IMG/VR virus record: IMGVR_UViG_3300022751_000018
Coordinates: 1-64,000 of that record
Length of the DNA stretch: 64,000 bases
Direction: 5' to 3' (one strand)
Source of the DNA: a virus
Numbering within the stretch: position 1 is the stretch's first letter; each line of letters opens with the position of its first letter. The position numbers and the translations under genes were made by a program. This document shows positions 1-9,564 of this stretch, one piece after another. The notes under the pieces are model-generated. The model ran no database searches and was not told where the DNA came from. It was given only the letters and a program-made list of their open reading frames with translations.

Positions 1-183
1 GGGCGGTTAAATAATTGAGGCCAAGCTGACGCTTAGCCCCTCTTAGCCAACCGTAGTCAGCATTGCTCATGAAAAGAATGGCGATGTCCCAAAATTGATT
101 AACGTACGCCTCAGTCAAATCCTTGTATTTTGGAATTTGACGTTTAAATACAGCATAGTCGAACTCAATCAATGAATCTGCCA
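1..183 (-). CDS. hypothetical structural protein, N-terminal fragment (gene continues past the window start)
   Basis: Minus-strand ATG at 181-183 opens a reading frame (MADSLIEFDYAVFKRQIPKYKDLTEAYVNQF...) that runs off the left edge. It lies downstream of the capsid genes in the head module. Confidence 0.3.
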
Positions 184-187
184 TTTA

Positions 188-619
188 TTATTTATTCTCT
201 TGGCTTCTTGCTTCTCTTTCTTCGACAGATTCCATTTCATAAACGACTGACTCTCCGCTTCCTTTCTTTTTTAATCGCATATTTTTTTCATCCATCGGTA
301 GAGATTTGTTTTTCTTCTCCATGCCTTTCGAAACTTCTTCTGCGCTAACTTTGTTATCATTCATAACAGTCAAAAATCCTTGATCCACTTGATCATTAAA
401 ATGCTTAAGACTTTTAAGGAAAACTAATTCTTCATCATTTACAAACGTTTCAATAACAGCAGGAGCATGACCTAGTTTTTCATCATATATTCCAGCGCCT
501 CCTTTTATAAGTAATGTTCTTTCAGTTTCTCTTGGCGTAAATCCTTTCACCCCTTCTGGGATATCTTTATATTTTGTGAAATTACCTGAGCACGGGTGAG
601 TTGAAAAAATGTATGGCAT
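188..619 (-). CDS. hypothetical head-module protein
   Basis: 143-aa ORF on the same strand as the capsid genes, directly after them. No recognisable motif. Confidence 0.35.
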   Translation of the reverse strand: MPYIFSTHPCSGNFTKYKDIPEGVKGFTPRETERTLLIKGGAGIYDEKLGHAPAVIETFVNDEELVFLKSLKHFNDQVDQGFLTVMNDNKVSAEEVSKGMEKKNKSLPMDEKNMRLKKKGSGESVVYEMESVEEREARSQENK

Positions 620-723
620 AAGTAGGTCTCCTAATTTAAAAATATTATAGGGTTAAATTATTTTTTTGTAAACTATACATTGACTTTTGTTGTGTTATAA
701 TATACCTACCAGTAAGGAGTATT

Positions 724-1389
724 ATGAAAGTTTGTAACAAGTGTAAAACGGAAAAAACGTTTGAATGTTTTGCCAAATCACGAAAAGAAAATGACGGTCA
801 TGAATATACCTGCAAACAATGTACCAGCATTGCTAGAAAGGCTGTTAGAGATGCTCATCCTGAAAGGCATAAGGCAAGGAGTGCTAAGTACAGATCTGAA
901 AATAAAGAGAAAGTAAAAAAAATACAGGCTGAATGGCAGAAAAATAATCCTGAAAAATGCCGAGAAAAATCTCGTAGATTTTATGAAAACAATAAAGAAA
1001 AGGAGAAATTAAGAAGAAAAAAATGGGTTGAGTCTAATCCAAACTGGATAAAAGAATATGCCGTAAAATACAGGGCTGAAAATCAAGATCAATTTAAGAA
1101 ATACGATAGATTGTATTTAATCGAAAATCGAGCCATTGTTCAGGCTAAACATGCTAGAAGAAGAGCTTTAAAAAAGAAAGCTACCGTATCATGGGCCGAT
1201 AAAGAAAAAATATTAGCTATTTATAGAGAATGTGTTCGAATCACTGAAGAAACGGGAGTAGAGCACAATGTGGATCACATCATACCCTTAACCCATAAAT
1301 TAGTCTGTGGACTGCACGTAGAGAATAACTTGCAGATCATTACTGCGGTTGAAAACTCAAGGAAAAACAACAAGTTTCAACCGCACTAA
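724..1389 (+). CDS. HNH homing endonuclease with N-terminal Cys4 zinc finger
   Basis: CNKCKTEKTFEC...YTCKQC Cys cluster. C-terminal HNH motif VDHIIPL...GLHVENNLQIITAVENSRKNN. It is the only plus-strand gene inside the minus-strand head module, the usual location for a free-standing homing endonuclease. Confidence 0.75.
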   Translation: MKVCNKCKTEKTFECFAKSRKENDGHEYTCKQCTSIARKAVRDAHPERHKARSAKYRSENKEKVKKIQAEWQKNNPEKCREKSRRFYENNKEKEKLRRKKWVESNPNWIKEYAVKYRAENQDQFKKYDRLYLIENRAIVQAKHARRRALKKKATVSWADKEKILAIYRECVRITEETGVEHNVDHIIPLTHKLVCGLHVENNLQIITAVENSRKNNKFQPH

Positions 1390-1414
1390 CTTAATTTTGA
1401 TCTAATTGATCAAT

Positions 1415-2596
1415 TTATATCCCATAGTAACGCGTTGAATTCACAGGCCGTTTACACATAGCACCCATAGTCGCATTAGAATAACGTTCTTCGAAACCAT
1501 CAGTCTTTTGTTGAACGCCAAGCAATAGAAGCTTAGTAGGTCCGCCTGCTAACCAAGTTTCGCCGCCATCTGTTGAGTACGGATCGTTTTCGGTCGATAC
1601 CATATCTCCATATAGATAGAATACGTTAGAGTTTGAGTAAGCAAGTTGCAACTGAGGAGCGTCAACTACGCGGCACATAGGATAATCCTTCTCTAACCAT
1701 GTATTAACTGTGTAACCAAATTCAGTTGTTTTACTTAGCCAATCGATACAATTCGTTGGAACCGCTAACGTGGTTGGGGTAGTTTTTGGATTTACATTAC
1801 CCTGAGTTTGATTTCTAAGCGCAACAAAAGCAGTCAATAGATCTTGAATAATTTCTAAGGCTGTTTTTGATGCCCAAGTTGTAGAGCTTCCTGCGCCTGC
1901 TGGAACGATAGTGTATGCGCTTAATTCCGGCGCGTTTAGAAAACCATACGTTCCACCTGCGCCGGATATGAATCCATTGAACGCAATTGAATTCCGAGCG
2001 ATCTCTAAACCTTGGGCAACCGCTTTTCGTTTCCAGCCAGCATCATCAAGCATACCTGCGGCAGCTCGTTTAGACTCTAGTTGAGATACAGTTAAACCCA
2101 TTTGCAAACGAATAATCGTACGAGGATTGTATGAAGGCTGATAACTTGCCTGTACATTATCAGTATTATCTAAATAAACCACCGGATTAGCCGTCATTTC
2201 GATTACAGACTGAACAACTTGTTGATCTTCCCACCGACCCAATGTTGCATATCCCATCAGCTTATCAGCTTGCCTGATCGATGTTAAAACCGCAACTTGA
2301 CCAGTAGGCCAATATTGCAAGAACTGGATTGGCGTGGGAACTGAAGGTGTATTCTGCGTTACCTGAAGAGTAACGGCATCAAAAACAACTGCCCCACGTT
2401 GATTTTTAGCCGCTTCATATACCTGGCTTAAAGGATGTTCATCATAAAAAATACCCATGCTTCTTAAGGACTGGATATTTTCTTTTGTGCCGTTAAAGTT
2501 TTCAACGCTTTTTCCTTTTCTTGCATCGAAGTCTCTAGCATGAATGACAGACTGGATTGCTGTCATGTTCTGTCTTGAATAGTTCATATTTTTCAC
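1415..2596 (-). CDS. major capsid protein (putative, HK97-like size)
   Basis: 393 aa. Last large gene of the terminase-portal-MuF-scaffold order. Confidence 0.55.
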   Translation of the reverse strand: MKNMNYSRQNMTAIQSVIHARDFDARKGKSVENFNGTKENIQSLRSMGIFYDEHPLSQVYEAAKNQRGAVVFDAVTLQVTQNTPSVPTPIQFLQYWPTGQVAVLTSIRQADKLMGYATLGRWEDQQVVQSVIEMTANPVVYLDNTDNVQASYQPSYNPRTIIRLQMGLTVSQLESKRAAAGMLDDAGWKRKAVAQGLEIARNSIAFNGFISGAGGTYGFLNAPELSAYTIVPAGAGSSTTWASKTALEIIQDLLTAFVALRNQTQGNVNPKTTPTTLAVPTNCIDWLSKTTEFGYTVNTWLEKDYPMCRVVDAPQLQLAYSNSNVFYLYGDMVSTENDPYSTDGGETWLAGGPTKLLLLGVQQKTDGFEERYSNATMGAMCKRPVNSTRYYGI

Positions 2597-2611
2597 CTAA
2601 TAATCGTTAGT

Positions 2612-3139
2612 TTATGCTGCTGCTGGTATTGCGTATGTCGGTTGAATCCTAATTACCGCCAAGCCTGCGCCTGCTGTTGAGTAGTTAATTACTTCTGCCT
2701 GGGCAAATAGTGTACCTGCGGACAAAGTAGCCCCTGGTGCAATAGTCGTAATAGTGCCTGTTGTCGTGTTATAACAAACTTTATCACCGATATTAGCTGC
2801 TGCTGGTAGATAAACTAACATCACACCCATAGAGCAAATAACTACTTGCGATGAATTCGCAACTGTCATGCTTGCTGTAAAATCACCATTATATAAAGCT
2901 AACGATTTAGGGCTTGCAAGAAAACCCGCCCACTTTGTTGAAGCATCTGATCCTTGACCAGCGGCGACATAAAGTGTTCCTTGGGTAGGCTGCCATGTAG
3001 CTACTGTTTTACCAATAACATTATAAGCCGCCGAAACTGAATTAATTGTTAACGCTTGGCCTGACCAGGGAGCGCTTTGATAGATCTCGCCCTGAATGCC
3101 AACACCCATTGTTTGATAAGTTGCTGATTGAAATGCCAT
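2612..3139 (-). CDS. putative head decoration / auxiliary capsid protein
   Basis: 175-aa Ala/Gly/Thr-rich ORF lying between the scaffold-like gene and the capsid gene. Confidence 0.3.
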   Translation of the reverse strand: MAFQSATYQTMGVGIQGEIYQSAPWSGQALTINSVSAAYNVIGKTVATWQPTQGTLYVAAGQGSDASTKWAGFLASPKSLALYNGDFTASMTVANSSQVVICSMGVMLVYLPAAANIGDKVCYNTTTGTITTIAPGATLSAGTLFAQAEVINYSTAGAGLAVIRIQPTYAIPAAA

Positions 3140-3141
3140 GA

Positions 3142-4368
3142 TTAAATTTCCCCTTTTTTGTATGCTGAAAGAAAGTCATAGGCTTCAACCTTTGGCTTAT
3201 CTGCTTTATCCATCGCCATAACAACTGCTTGTGGCGCTTCTTTTCCTGTTAAAAAACCTTTTAAATAGGTGACTTCATCCCCAATTGCGCATTCAATGGT
3301 ATGACCCATTTCCTTTAGTTTTTTAACGCCATATTGAGCCATTTCATTTAAAGTTAAAATATCTTTATTTGGAATAGTAATATGATCGGCAAGACTTTTT
3401 GCAAAATTTTCTCTTTCATTATTTCTAAGAAGGAATTCTTTTTCATCCATAGCTTTAGCGCCAGATTTTTCCTCATCCTTTTTATCTTCTTTGGATTCTT
3501 TTTCTGACTCGTCTTTAGCGGGAATTTTTTTATCTGCTTCACTTTCGCTATCAGCAATTGCAGCCGCTTTTGCTTCTTTCATTGCACGCACATCTTCACG
3601 TATTTCAGTAATCGCATCCATACAATCTTGAAGAGTAACAGACTTGTCTTTTGACTCATCTTTTTTTGATTCTTCATCTTTCATAGGAGCGTCTTTAGAC
3701 TCATCGTCTTTCTTGTATTCGTTATCAGCCATTTCAATAACCGCCTCTTGATTTGTTTCCGCTTGATCAAGAACCGCTACCAACGCACCCGATCGACCAT
3801 TGTTTACGATTGCAATATGATTGCCTGCGATGTTTTCTTGCACCACTTCGTATTCCTGTCCATTATAAACACCGTTTTGTATTTTGTACAAGCAGGTTGC
3901 TCCAATAGATATTTGTTTTTTTCCTTTTTCCATTTCTTTATTCATGTGGCCTGAAAAAAACATTAAATTAGATTTTAACATTCCGTCAGTTTCATCATAG
4001 AAAACCTCTTGCCCAGTAGCTCCATGTACTATTTTTTCTTCTGGCAAAATTCCATCTTTATTACTCACTGATAAGTAAGCGTGTCCATCAATAATTGGTT
4101 TTATTTTAAAAGAATCTAAAGTGTCACTTGCAGATAATTGCGCTGGAGATCTAAAAACTTTATACATTTTATTAGGATCAATTCCTTCTAAAACATTTCC
4201 ATCTGAATCAATAATGTTTTTCCCGAGATATTCTAATATCCCAGATCGCGCGATAGGGTTTGCTTTAATTTCGAAAAAACCATCTTTATTATAGTTTCTT
4301 TTGCTTTCTGAAATATCAAAAGCTAAATGAATTTCAGATAATTCATTTTGTAATTCAATCGTCGCCAT
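3142..4368 (-). CDS. putative scaffolding / prohead-processing protein with an acidic KDE-rich C-terminal half
   Basis: 408 aa. Long low-complexity acidic stretch (KDDESKDAPMKDEESKKDESKDKS...) typical of scaffold proteins. Position between the MuF-like and capsid genes. Confidence 0.4.
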   Translation of the reverse strand: MATIELQNELSEIHLAFDISESKRNYNKDGFFEIKANPIARSGILEYLGKNIIDSDGNVLEGIDPNKMYKVFRSPAQLSASDTLDSFKIKPIIDGHAYLSVSNKDGILPEEKIVHGATGQEVFYDETDGMLKSNLMFFSGHMNKEMEKGKKQISIGATCLYKIQNGVYNGQEYEVVQENIAGNHIAIVNNGRSGALVAVLDQAETNQEAVIEMADNEYKKDDESKDAPMKDEESKKDESKDKSVTLQDCMDAITEIREDVRAMKEAKAAAIADSESEADKKIPAKDESEKESKEDKKDEEKSGAKAMDEKEFLLRNNERENFAKSLADHITIPNKDILTLNEMAQYGVKKLKEMGHTIECAIGDEVTYLKGFLTGKEAPQAVVMAMDKADKPKVEAYDFLSAYKKGEI

Positions 4369-4384
4369 CTAAATAATCCTCATA

Positions 4385-6265
4385 TTAAAAACGAAATATA
4401 GCTCGCATTTTGCATTTACAATTCTTGCTTGTTATTTCTGTAGATGATACATTGAACCATCCATTATAACTTTCCATGGTGTAAACATGGCCTTCAAATA
4501 TACTACTGACTTTCTTCTCAACGCGAAACAATTTTTGGATGAGGGAATGACTTTGAGAGAGTTTTGCAAAATTAATAAAGTAGGACAAAGTCATTTGACA
4601 AAAGCCCTTAGGAATAGAATTAATTATATTTTGCCAAGCACTATTAAAATCAAAGCTGTGAATGCTAATGGCTCCAAAATTGTCGCAAGATATAATAAAG
4701 GAGAAAGCGTCCAATCTATCTCTATTTTCTATAAAGTTAGTCGGCAAAAAATTAATAGTATCCTTCAGGGGGAAGGAATTATTCTCAGGAATGGAAGTGT
4801 CGCTAGTAAAATCAGAATGTCTAAACTCACCATTGACGAAAGAAAACTTTTGAGCAAATCCGCCAGAAGAGCCAAGCTCAACAATCTTGGACATAAAGCC
4901 AGGAATAAAATTATTGATGATCAAATCGGAAAAGGTGAGGAAGAGCTTTTCAATGTCCTCGTCGCCGATGGATTTATCCCAGAAAGGCAGGCAATTATCG
5001 GTGATTATTGTATCGACATCGACCTCGGGCACATCGCCATGGAAGTTAAATTTAGAGCCAATATCAGTAAATTTGGAGCCGGAAGCCTCGATAGAATAAA
5101 AAAGATCAGCGAAAGTGGTCGTGATTTTTGTTTTTTTGTTATCAATGATCCTGTTGTCATAAGCTTGGCAAGAGACGAGATAATCTCCCTCATTCACGTT
5201 ATTGGCAGGAATCCAGCCCCTCAAGGTCAATATTGGGTGGTTAGGTGTACACTCGATAATCTCTCCGCCATTAAAACTTATGGAGACCATATCCCCTCTA
5301 TACATGTATCTCCAGAGGTTACGACATCCATTAGCAAGAGATACTATAGTTGATCCTGTAAAACAATTTGCTGGAAATCCAGGTAAACCTCGATCTTTAG
5401 AAGGAACTCCTAACGCGGCTTGCTCAGATAATAGATTGTCGAATGAAAATATCTCGCCGTCAATTTTTATATGCGAATGCCTCGGGTATCTTGATTCATA
5501 GGTATAAACCCATTCAAACTCTTTTATTCCTGCATTCATCAATCCTTGCTTGTTAATTGCAGTGTAAGCTTTTCTGGTTTGATCGTATGCTATTCTTGCC
5601 GCTCTACTGCTTACTAGTAAGTTATATTTTCCTAATATTCCAGTCGATTTTTTTTCTGAATGATTAATTATTTTTTCAGAATCTGGTATTAGTGATTTTA
5701 TTCCATCTCCTCCTTCGCTAATGGCGCGCATAACGGATCCAGAAACATCCGTAAAATATTTTTCTTGCAATGAATTTATATAAGTTATGTTTTCTTCAAT
5801 AATTGACTTTGAAATGTCATCAGTTCCTTTTTCCAACACTTCCTTTTTAATTGAAAGTCCGTCTTTCATTTTTCCGAAACTAAAGTTCAAGTTTACTAGG
5901 CTAATATTTTTTGTCTTACGCAACATTTCTTTTGCAATCAATTTTGCTCTTTTATTAAATATATATGAAAATTTAGCTATAAGTGAATTAATCAAAATCC
6001 TAGCTTGAGAGGATATGCTTTTATCGGAATCGTCCTCATCAATAGCAGAAAGTTTATTTTGTTTATTTAAAAATGATTCGAATGCTTTAGATGAAAATAA
6101 TTTTGATAGCTCAAGTGTTGTAGTAAATGTCATGTCATTAACAAGAATCATTATTTGATTATGATAATTTCTTTGAAGTGCAGCATTGTAATTAAGGGTG
6201 TGCCCCTTAATTACATTTTTATCACGATTAAGTAATCGTTTATTCTTCGTAGTCATTTGAATCAT
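4385..6265 (-). CDS. minor head protein, Mu F / SPP1 gp7 family, containing an intein
   Basis: N-extein carries YPRHSHIKIDGEIF, the MuF-like R..H..DG motif. The C-terminus carries SKNCKCK, matching the conserved NCRC end of the family. The frame stays open through an inserted Hint-domain-like segment. The start overlaps the portal gene, as is usual. Confidence 0.6.
   Translation of the reverse strand: MIQMTTKNKRLLNRDKNVIKGHTLNYNAALQRNYHNQIMILVNDMTFTTTLELSKLFSSKAFESFLNKQNKLSAIDEDDSDKSISSQARILINSLIAKFSYIFNKRAKLIAKEMLRKTKNISLVNLNFSFGKMKDGLSIKKEVLEKGTDDISKSIIEENITYINSLQEKYFTDVSGSVMRAISEGGDGIKSLIPDSEKIINHSEKKSTGILGKYNLLVSSRAARIAYDQTRKAYTAINKQGLMNAGIKEFEWVYTYESRYPRHSHIKIDGEIFSFDNLLSEQAALGVPSKDRGLPGFPANCFTGSTIVSLANGCRNLWRYMYRGDMVSISFNGGEIIECTPNHPILTLRGWIPANNVNEGDYLVSCQAYDNRIIDNKKTKITTTFADLFYSIEASGSKFTDIGSKFNFHGDVPEVDVDTIITDNCLPFWDKSIGDEDIEKLFLTFSDLIINNFIPGFMSKIVELGSSGGFAQKFSFVNGEFRHSDFTSDTSIPENNSFPLKDTINFLPTNFIENRDRLDAFSFIISCDNFGAISIHSFDFNSAWQNIINSIPKGFCQMTLSYFINFAKLSQSHSLIQKLFRVEKKVSSIFEGHVYTMESYNGWFNVSSTEITSKNCKCKMRAIFRF
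4487..5353 (+). CDS. antisense ORF nested in the intein, codon-aligned with it. Its status as a gene is uncertain.
   Basis: 288-aa ORF exactly complementary codon-for-codon to intein codons 304-593. Contains HTH-like segments (LREFCKINKVGQSHLTKAL, SISIFYKVSRQKINSIL) and a DUF559/Vsr-like PD-(D/E)XK-like stretch (EELFNVLVADGFIPERQAIIGDYCIDIDLGHIAMEVK). May still be a chance open frame. Confidence 0.15.
   Translation: MAFKYTTDFLLNAKQFLDEGMTLREFCKINKVGQSHLTKALRNRINYILPSTIKIKAVNANGSKIVARYNKGESVQSISIFYKVSRQKINSILQGEGIILRNGSVASKIRMSKLTIDERKLLSKSARRAKLNNLGHKARNKIIDDQIGKGEEELFNVLVADGFIPERQAIIGDYCIDIDLGHIAMEVKFRANISKFGAGSLDRIKKISESGRDFCFFVINDPVVISLARDEIISLIHVIGRNPAPQGQYWVVRCTLDNLSAIKTYGDHIPSIHVSPEVTTSISKRYYS
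4620..5365 (-). other. intein inserted in the MuF-like head protein (about 241-249 aa; C-terminal boundary uncertain)
   Basis: Block A CFTGSTIVSLANG begins at codon 301 (nt 5363-5365). Block B is ECTPNHPILT (the T..H...T motif). Candidate terminal Asn followed by Ser at FDFN|S (4643-4645) or IIN|S (4619-4621). Extein motifs resume afterwards. Confidence 0.5.
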
Positions 6266-7844
6266 TAGACTCCTCTTCAGGCTTTTCTATTATCTTATCC
6301 TCATCAATTCCAGAATAGTTTGATTCCTCATTATGAGCTATTCTTGCTCGCTCCTCTTGAGGGTCAATTGCGCCGGACATAATCAATGTTTGCCCTGTTC
6401 TAGCATCAATCTCGTTAATTTCTGCGACTTCTTTTTGTGTAACAGAATCTAGTTTCTTCCAAGATATTTTGCATGTGAAATCTTTTTTATATTTTGGAGT
6501 TATAATAGATTTCATAATAAGCTCATGATGACGATGAACAATTGGAGTAACTTGCTTCAGCAAAGTTTCAAGACTAAGTCTATATGCCTTCTCTTCTGCA
6601 TCACCAGAATTAAAGCCCTTGGGAGATGTTTCAAGCAGCCGAGATGCAATAACGTTTGAGCCTGCTGCAACTAATTGCAATAGCATCATCTGAACTTCTA
6701 CAACATCGGTAAGAGATGTATCAAACTGCTCCATTCTGTCATCAAGATCCAAGTACTTGGTCCCAGTATTTCTTCGGTTTGCTATGTAATCCTTAGCCTT
6801 CTGTGTAAAATTGTCCTGATTTTGTAATGCTGCCATCATATTAGTAAATACAACGTCCGTTCGCTTAGTGTTTACCAGCTCTACTGCGTCACCTGCTGCG
6901 TGCATTGCATTGTAGACTAACTCTGCTATCAACTGAGGAATAGGAATCCCCCCATATTGGTACATTGGCTTAATCATATCAGGAAGATTTTCCGTTCTAA
7001 GAACGACGCAATGGCTTCGGTGCATGTAAACACCGCCAGGAACATTCCACCAAGTAGGGTTTAAATAATCTTTACTAGCGGGATTACTTGCTGAATTAAA
7101 ATCAAATTCTGGAGTCATATAATAAGGATCAACTTGTGATATCCCCTTATATGATCCAGGTGTTATAGCATCTATATTAAATGGATTCTTATAAAATTCT
7201 TTATTTTTTTCTGCGCTTCCCAAATCAACTACAAAATAAACCACTCTAATTCCGAATACTTTATTTTTATAAATAGCATCCTTTAGATTCTCATGAAGAT
7301 TGAATTGATTATCTAAATCAACCATCTCTTCTATTATTTTTTTATCTACTTTTTTACCGTCATTAACAAGGATGTCAAACCAGTTTCTGATAGCATCCTC
7401 CGCTGGAACTAAGCAGGCTTTATTAATTAACCAATGCTGGCAAAGTATGGCGCATTGCGCGTAGCCAATAAATCTTGTTTGCGCATAATAAGCAAAAATA
7501 TCATTATTATAAAAACCCCATCCACTATTTGCATAGCTTGTATTGTCGCAGCTATCCATTGCAAATCCTGTCTGAGGCTTTGATTTGAATGTAGCTTCAA
7601 TATTTTTCTTTAGAGTTTTATCTATTGAATTATCGCAAATATCCTTCCAAAAAACTTTTAACTCATCTGTTTTTTTTGTTTTGTCTTCGATAGGCTCAAT
7701 TTTTTTTTCGTAAGTTCTATCAAGCGCTTCTTTGTAGAAATCAACTTTATCCGATAATACCGTTAAGCTATTTTTTAGCTCAGTTATTAAAGGATCTTCT
7801 TTCTTCTTAAATTTATCTTTAACGTATGTTACCAATCCGCGCAC
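6240..7844 (-). CDS. portal protein
   Basis: 534 aa, directly downstream of the large terminase gene and overlapping it. Size and position are typical of portals. Confidence 0.6.
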   Translation of the reverse strand: MRGLVTYVKDKFKKKEDPLITELKNSLTVLSDKVDFYKEALDRTYEKKIEPIEDKTKKTDELKVFWKDICDNSIDKTLKKNIEATFKSKPQTGFAMDSCDNTSYANSGWGFYNNDIFAYYAQTRFIGYAQCAILCQHWLINKACLVPAEDAIRNWFDILVNDGKKVDKKIIEEMVDLDNQFNLHENLKDAIYKNKVFGIRVVYFVVDLGSAEKNKEFYKNPFNIDAITPGSYKGISQVDPYYMTPEFDFNSASNPASKDYLNPTWWNVPGGVYMHRSHCVVLRTENLPDMIKPMYQYGGIPIPQLIAELVYNAMHAAGDAVELVNTKRTDVVFTNMMAALQNQDNFTQKAKDYIANRRNTGTKYLDLDDRMEQFDTSLTDVVEVQMMLLQLVAAGSNVIASRLLETSPKGFNSGDAEEKAYRLSLETLLKQVTPIVHRHHELIMKSIITPKYKKDFTCKISWKKLDSVTQKEVAEINEIDARTGQTLIMSGAIDPQEERARIAHNEESNYSGIDEDKIIEKPEEESNDSNDYEE

Positions 7845-9438
7845 TGTGTAGACCTCTTCTTTTATCTTGCTTAGCGAAACAAATTACGGCCGAATCGGCC
7901 CGATTTGGCGATTTTGTTCCATCCGGCTTTTTATCTACCATAATCTTTTTATCATTATCTTTCACAAATCTTGCCTGAGATAGCTCCATTCTTAATTGTG
8001 ATAAACCATCTATTTTACTTGAGATGGAAATAATTTCAGAAGGATCGCAGGGCTTATTAAATTTTATCCATCTGTATGTTAACTGAAAACGTCTTCTAAA
8101 TTCCATCCAGGCTTGCGCTTTTCTGTTTGCAAAATAATCCTTATTGGTAGGTTGGTTCGCTCCCTCTTCATAATATCCTCTATCGCAATATGGGTTTCCA
8201 TCTGGATCAATAACTTTTCCACTTCCGAGAAATGCAAAAACAGGTATTGATCTAATTCTATCTGATCTTGCTTGCGCGTTAAGAACCCTAGCATCTCCTC
8301 TTAATGCTCCGCCAAGACCTACTGCATCATAAGAGATTTCTTCATAATCAAAATCGCGACAAATTTGCATGGATTTTTCTAAGGTTATCATTAGGTCAAT
8401 TCCTTTCCCTGACCATTCATTTTGATATTCAAGCAAAAATGACTGCCTTCCAGTAAAGCAATTTTTATCTGCACCTTGATCGCTGACATCCAGTCCAGCC
8501 AATCTTGGCCCTGAAGGGGTTAATCCTAGTTTTATATGAGCATCAATACACTCATCAATCCATTCCTTAGGGATAATAATTCCCTCAATAGATCCGTAGT
8601 AATCCATCTCATACTCTTGAGCAAAACGTATTAGGCACTCCGCCTCTTCTTTTTTCTTATCGAACCATTCTTGAGTTTTCCGTGGGTCTGAATACCACGG
8701 GAAGCTAAATACCTCAATTTTTCCGCTGAAGCGTTTCCGAGCGAATAAATTGGATGGGCCGCAGGGGGTTGATAACGTTATTCGGCAGTTGGTAGATGCC
8801 ATGAGTGCAGCATCGACTAGTTCTTGATGAGGGTGGAACGCGCTTTCATCGTCCGCGTACATAGAGAATCGGTCTCCCCTGCCCATGTTGTCTCCTGACT
8901 CTCCTGATATATACGCCTGAGTCATCGGGAAATAAATACGCATATCGGCGCTGTGCTTGCGCTCATTCCAATCTCCTGCGAACTCTTTTGGTAAGTGTAT
9001 GATGAAGCGTCGAGCTTTAAACAACAGGGCGCGAGGCATCTTGGCATCGACGTATTCTTTTTTTCGAGAGCCAAAGCCGAAATGGAAGCCCTTGTTGAAT
9101 AAACACTTTGCAACCGCATACGCCACAGTTAATTCACTAATTCCAACATCACGGCTCTTCTCGACAAGAAGACTCTTTCTCTCTCTGAAGCATTCCTCGA
9201 ACTTTTCAATAAGCTCACGCTGACGGGGAAACAAGATGAAAGGCACCATGGCTGGCAGGCCACGCTCAGGATTACGTGGGTCATACGTGGTTCCCCAGTC
9301 ATTGATAAAATCAGCGGGATGCGTCTTGTAGTACTTCCATAGCTTTCTGAACTTATCTTTATCGCGGCGTAACTCTTGCAGTCGCTCAATGCGCTGCTTG
9401 AATATTTCTGCATAAAGTGGCTTTTTAAAGTCGAACAT
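7819..9438 (-). CDS. terL: terminase large subunit
   Basis: 539 aa. ATPase-type motif KSRDVGISELT. Acidic Walker-B-like MYADDESAF. C-terminal nuclease-like region (LAGLDVSDQGADKN). Confidence 0.75.
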   Translation of the reverse strand: MFDFKKPLYAEIFKQRIERLQELRRDKDKFRKLWKYYKTHPADFINDWGTTYDPRNPERGLPAMVPFILFPRQRELIEKFEECFRERKSLLVEKSRDVGISELTVAYAVAKCLFNKGFHFGFGSRKKEYVDAKMPRALLFKARRFIIHLPKEFAGDWNERKHSADMRIYFPMTQAYISGESGDNMGRGDRFSMYADDESAFHPHQELVDAALMASTNCRITLSTPCGPSNLFARKRFSGKIEVFSFPWYSDPRKTQEWFDKKKEEAECLIRFAQEYEMDYYGSIEGIIIPKEWIDECIDAHIKLGLTPSGPRLAGLDVSDQGADKNCFTGRQSFLLEYQNEWSGKGIDLMITLEKSMQICRDFDYEEISYDAVGLGGALRGDARVLNAQARSDRIRSIPVFAFLGSGKVIDPDGNPYCDRGYYEEGANQPTNKDYFANRKAQAWMEFRRRFQLTYRWIKFNKPCDPSEIISISSKIDGLSQLRMELSQARFVKDNDKKIMVDKKPDGTKSPNRADSAVICFAKQDKRRGLHSARIGNIR

Positions 9439-9564
9439 TAAGCCTTCAATTGATTTATTTTTTACATTAGATCAAATTTAAACCATTAATTGATATAAAT
9501 ATAGACCTATCTGGTAGAGATAAGTGGTAGAAATGAAATTAATTAGAATTAATCGCAAAATCTA

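Noticed and set aside
3042-3954. Small ORFs (3042..3224, 3354..3557, 3748..3954) inside or antisense to the scaffold-like gene
   Set aside because: Entirely nested in a longer ORF with coherent low-complexity acidic protein sequence, and no RBS: typical frame artefacts.
8079-9413. Several 65-94-aa ORFs in both strands within the large terminase gene
   Set aside because: All nested in the 539-aa terminase frame, which has strong family motifs; these are artefacts.
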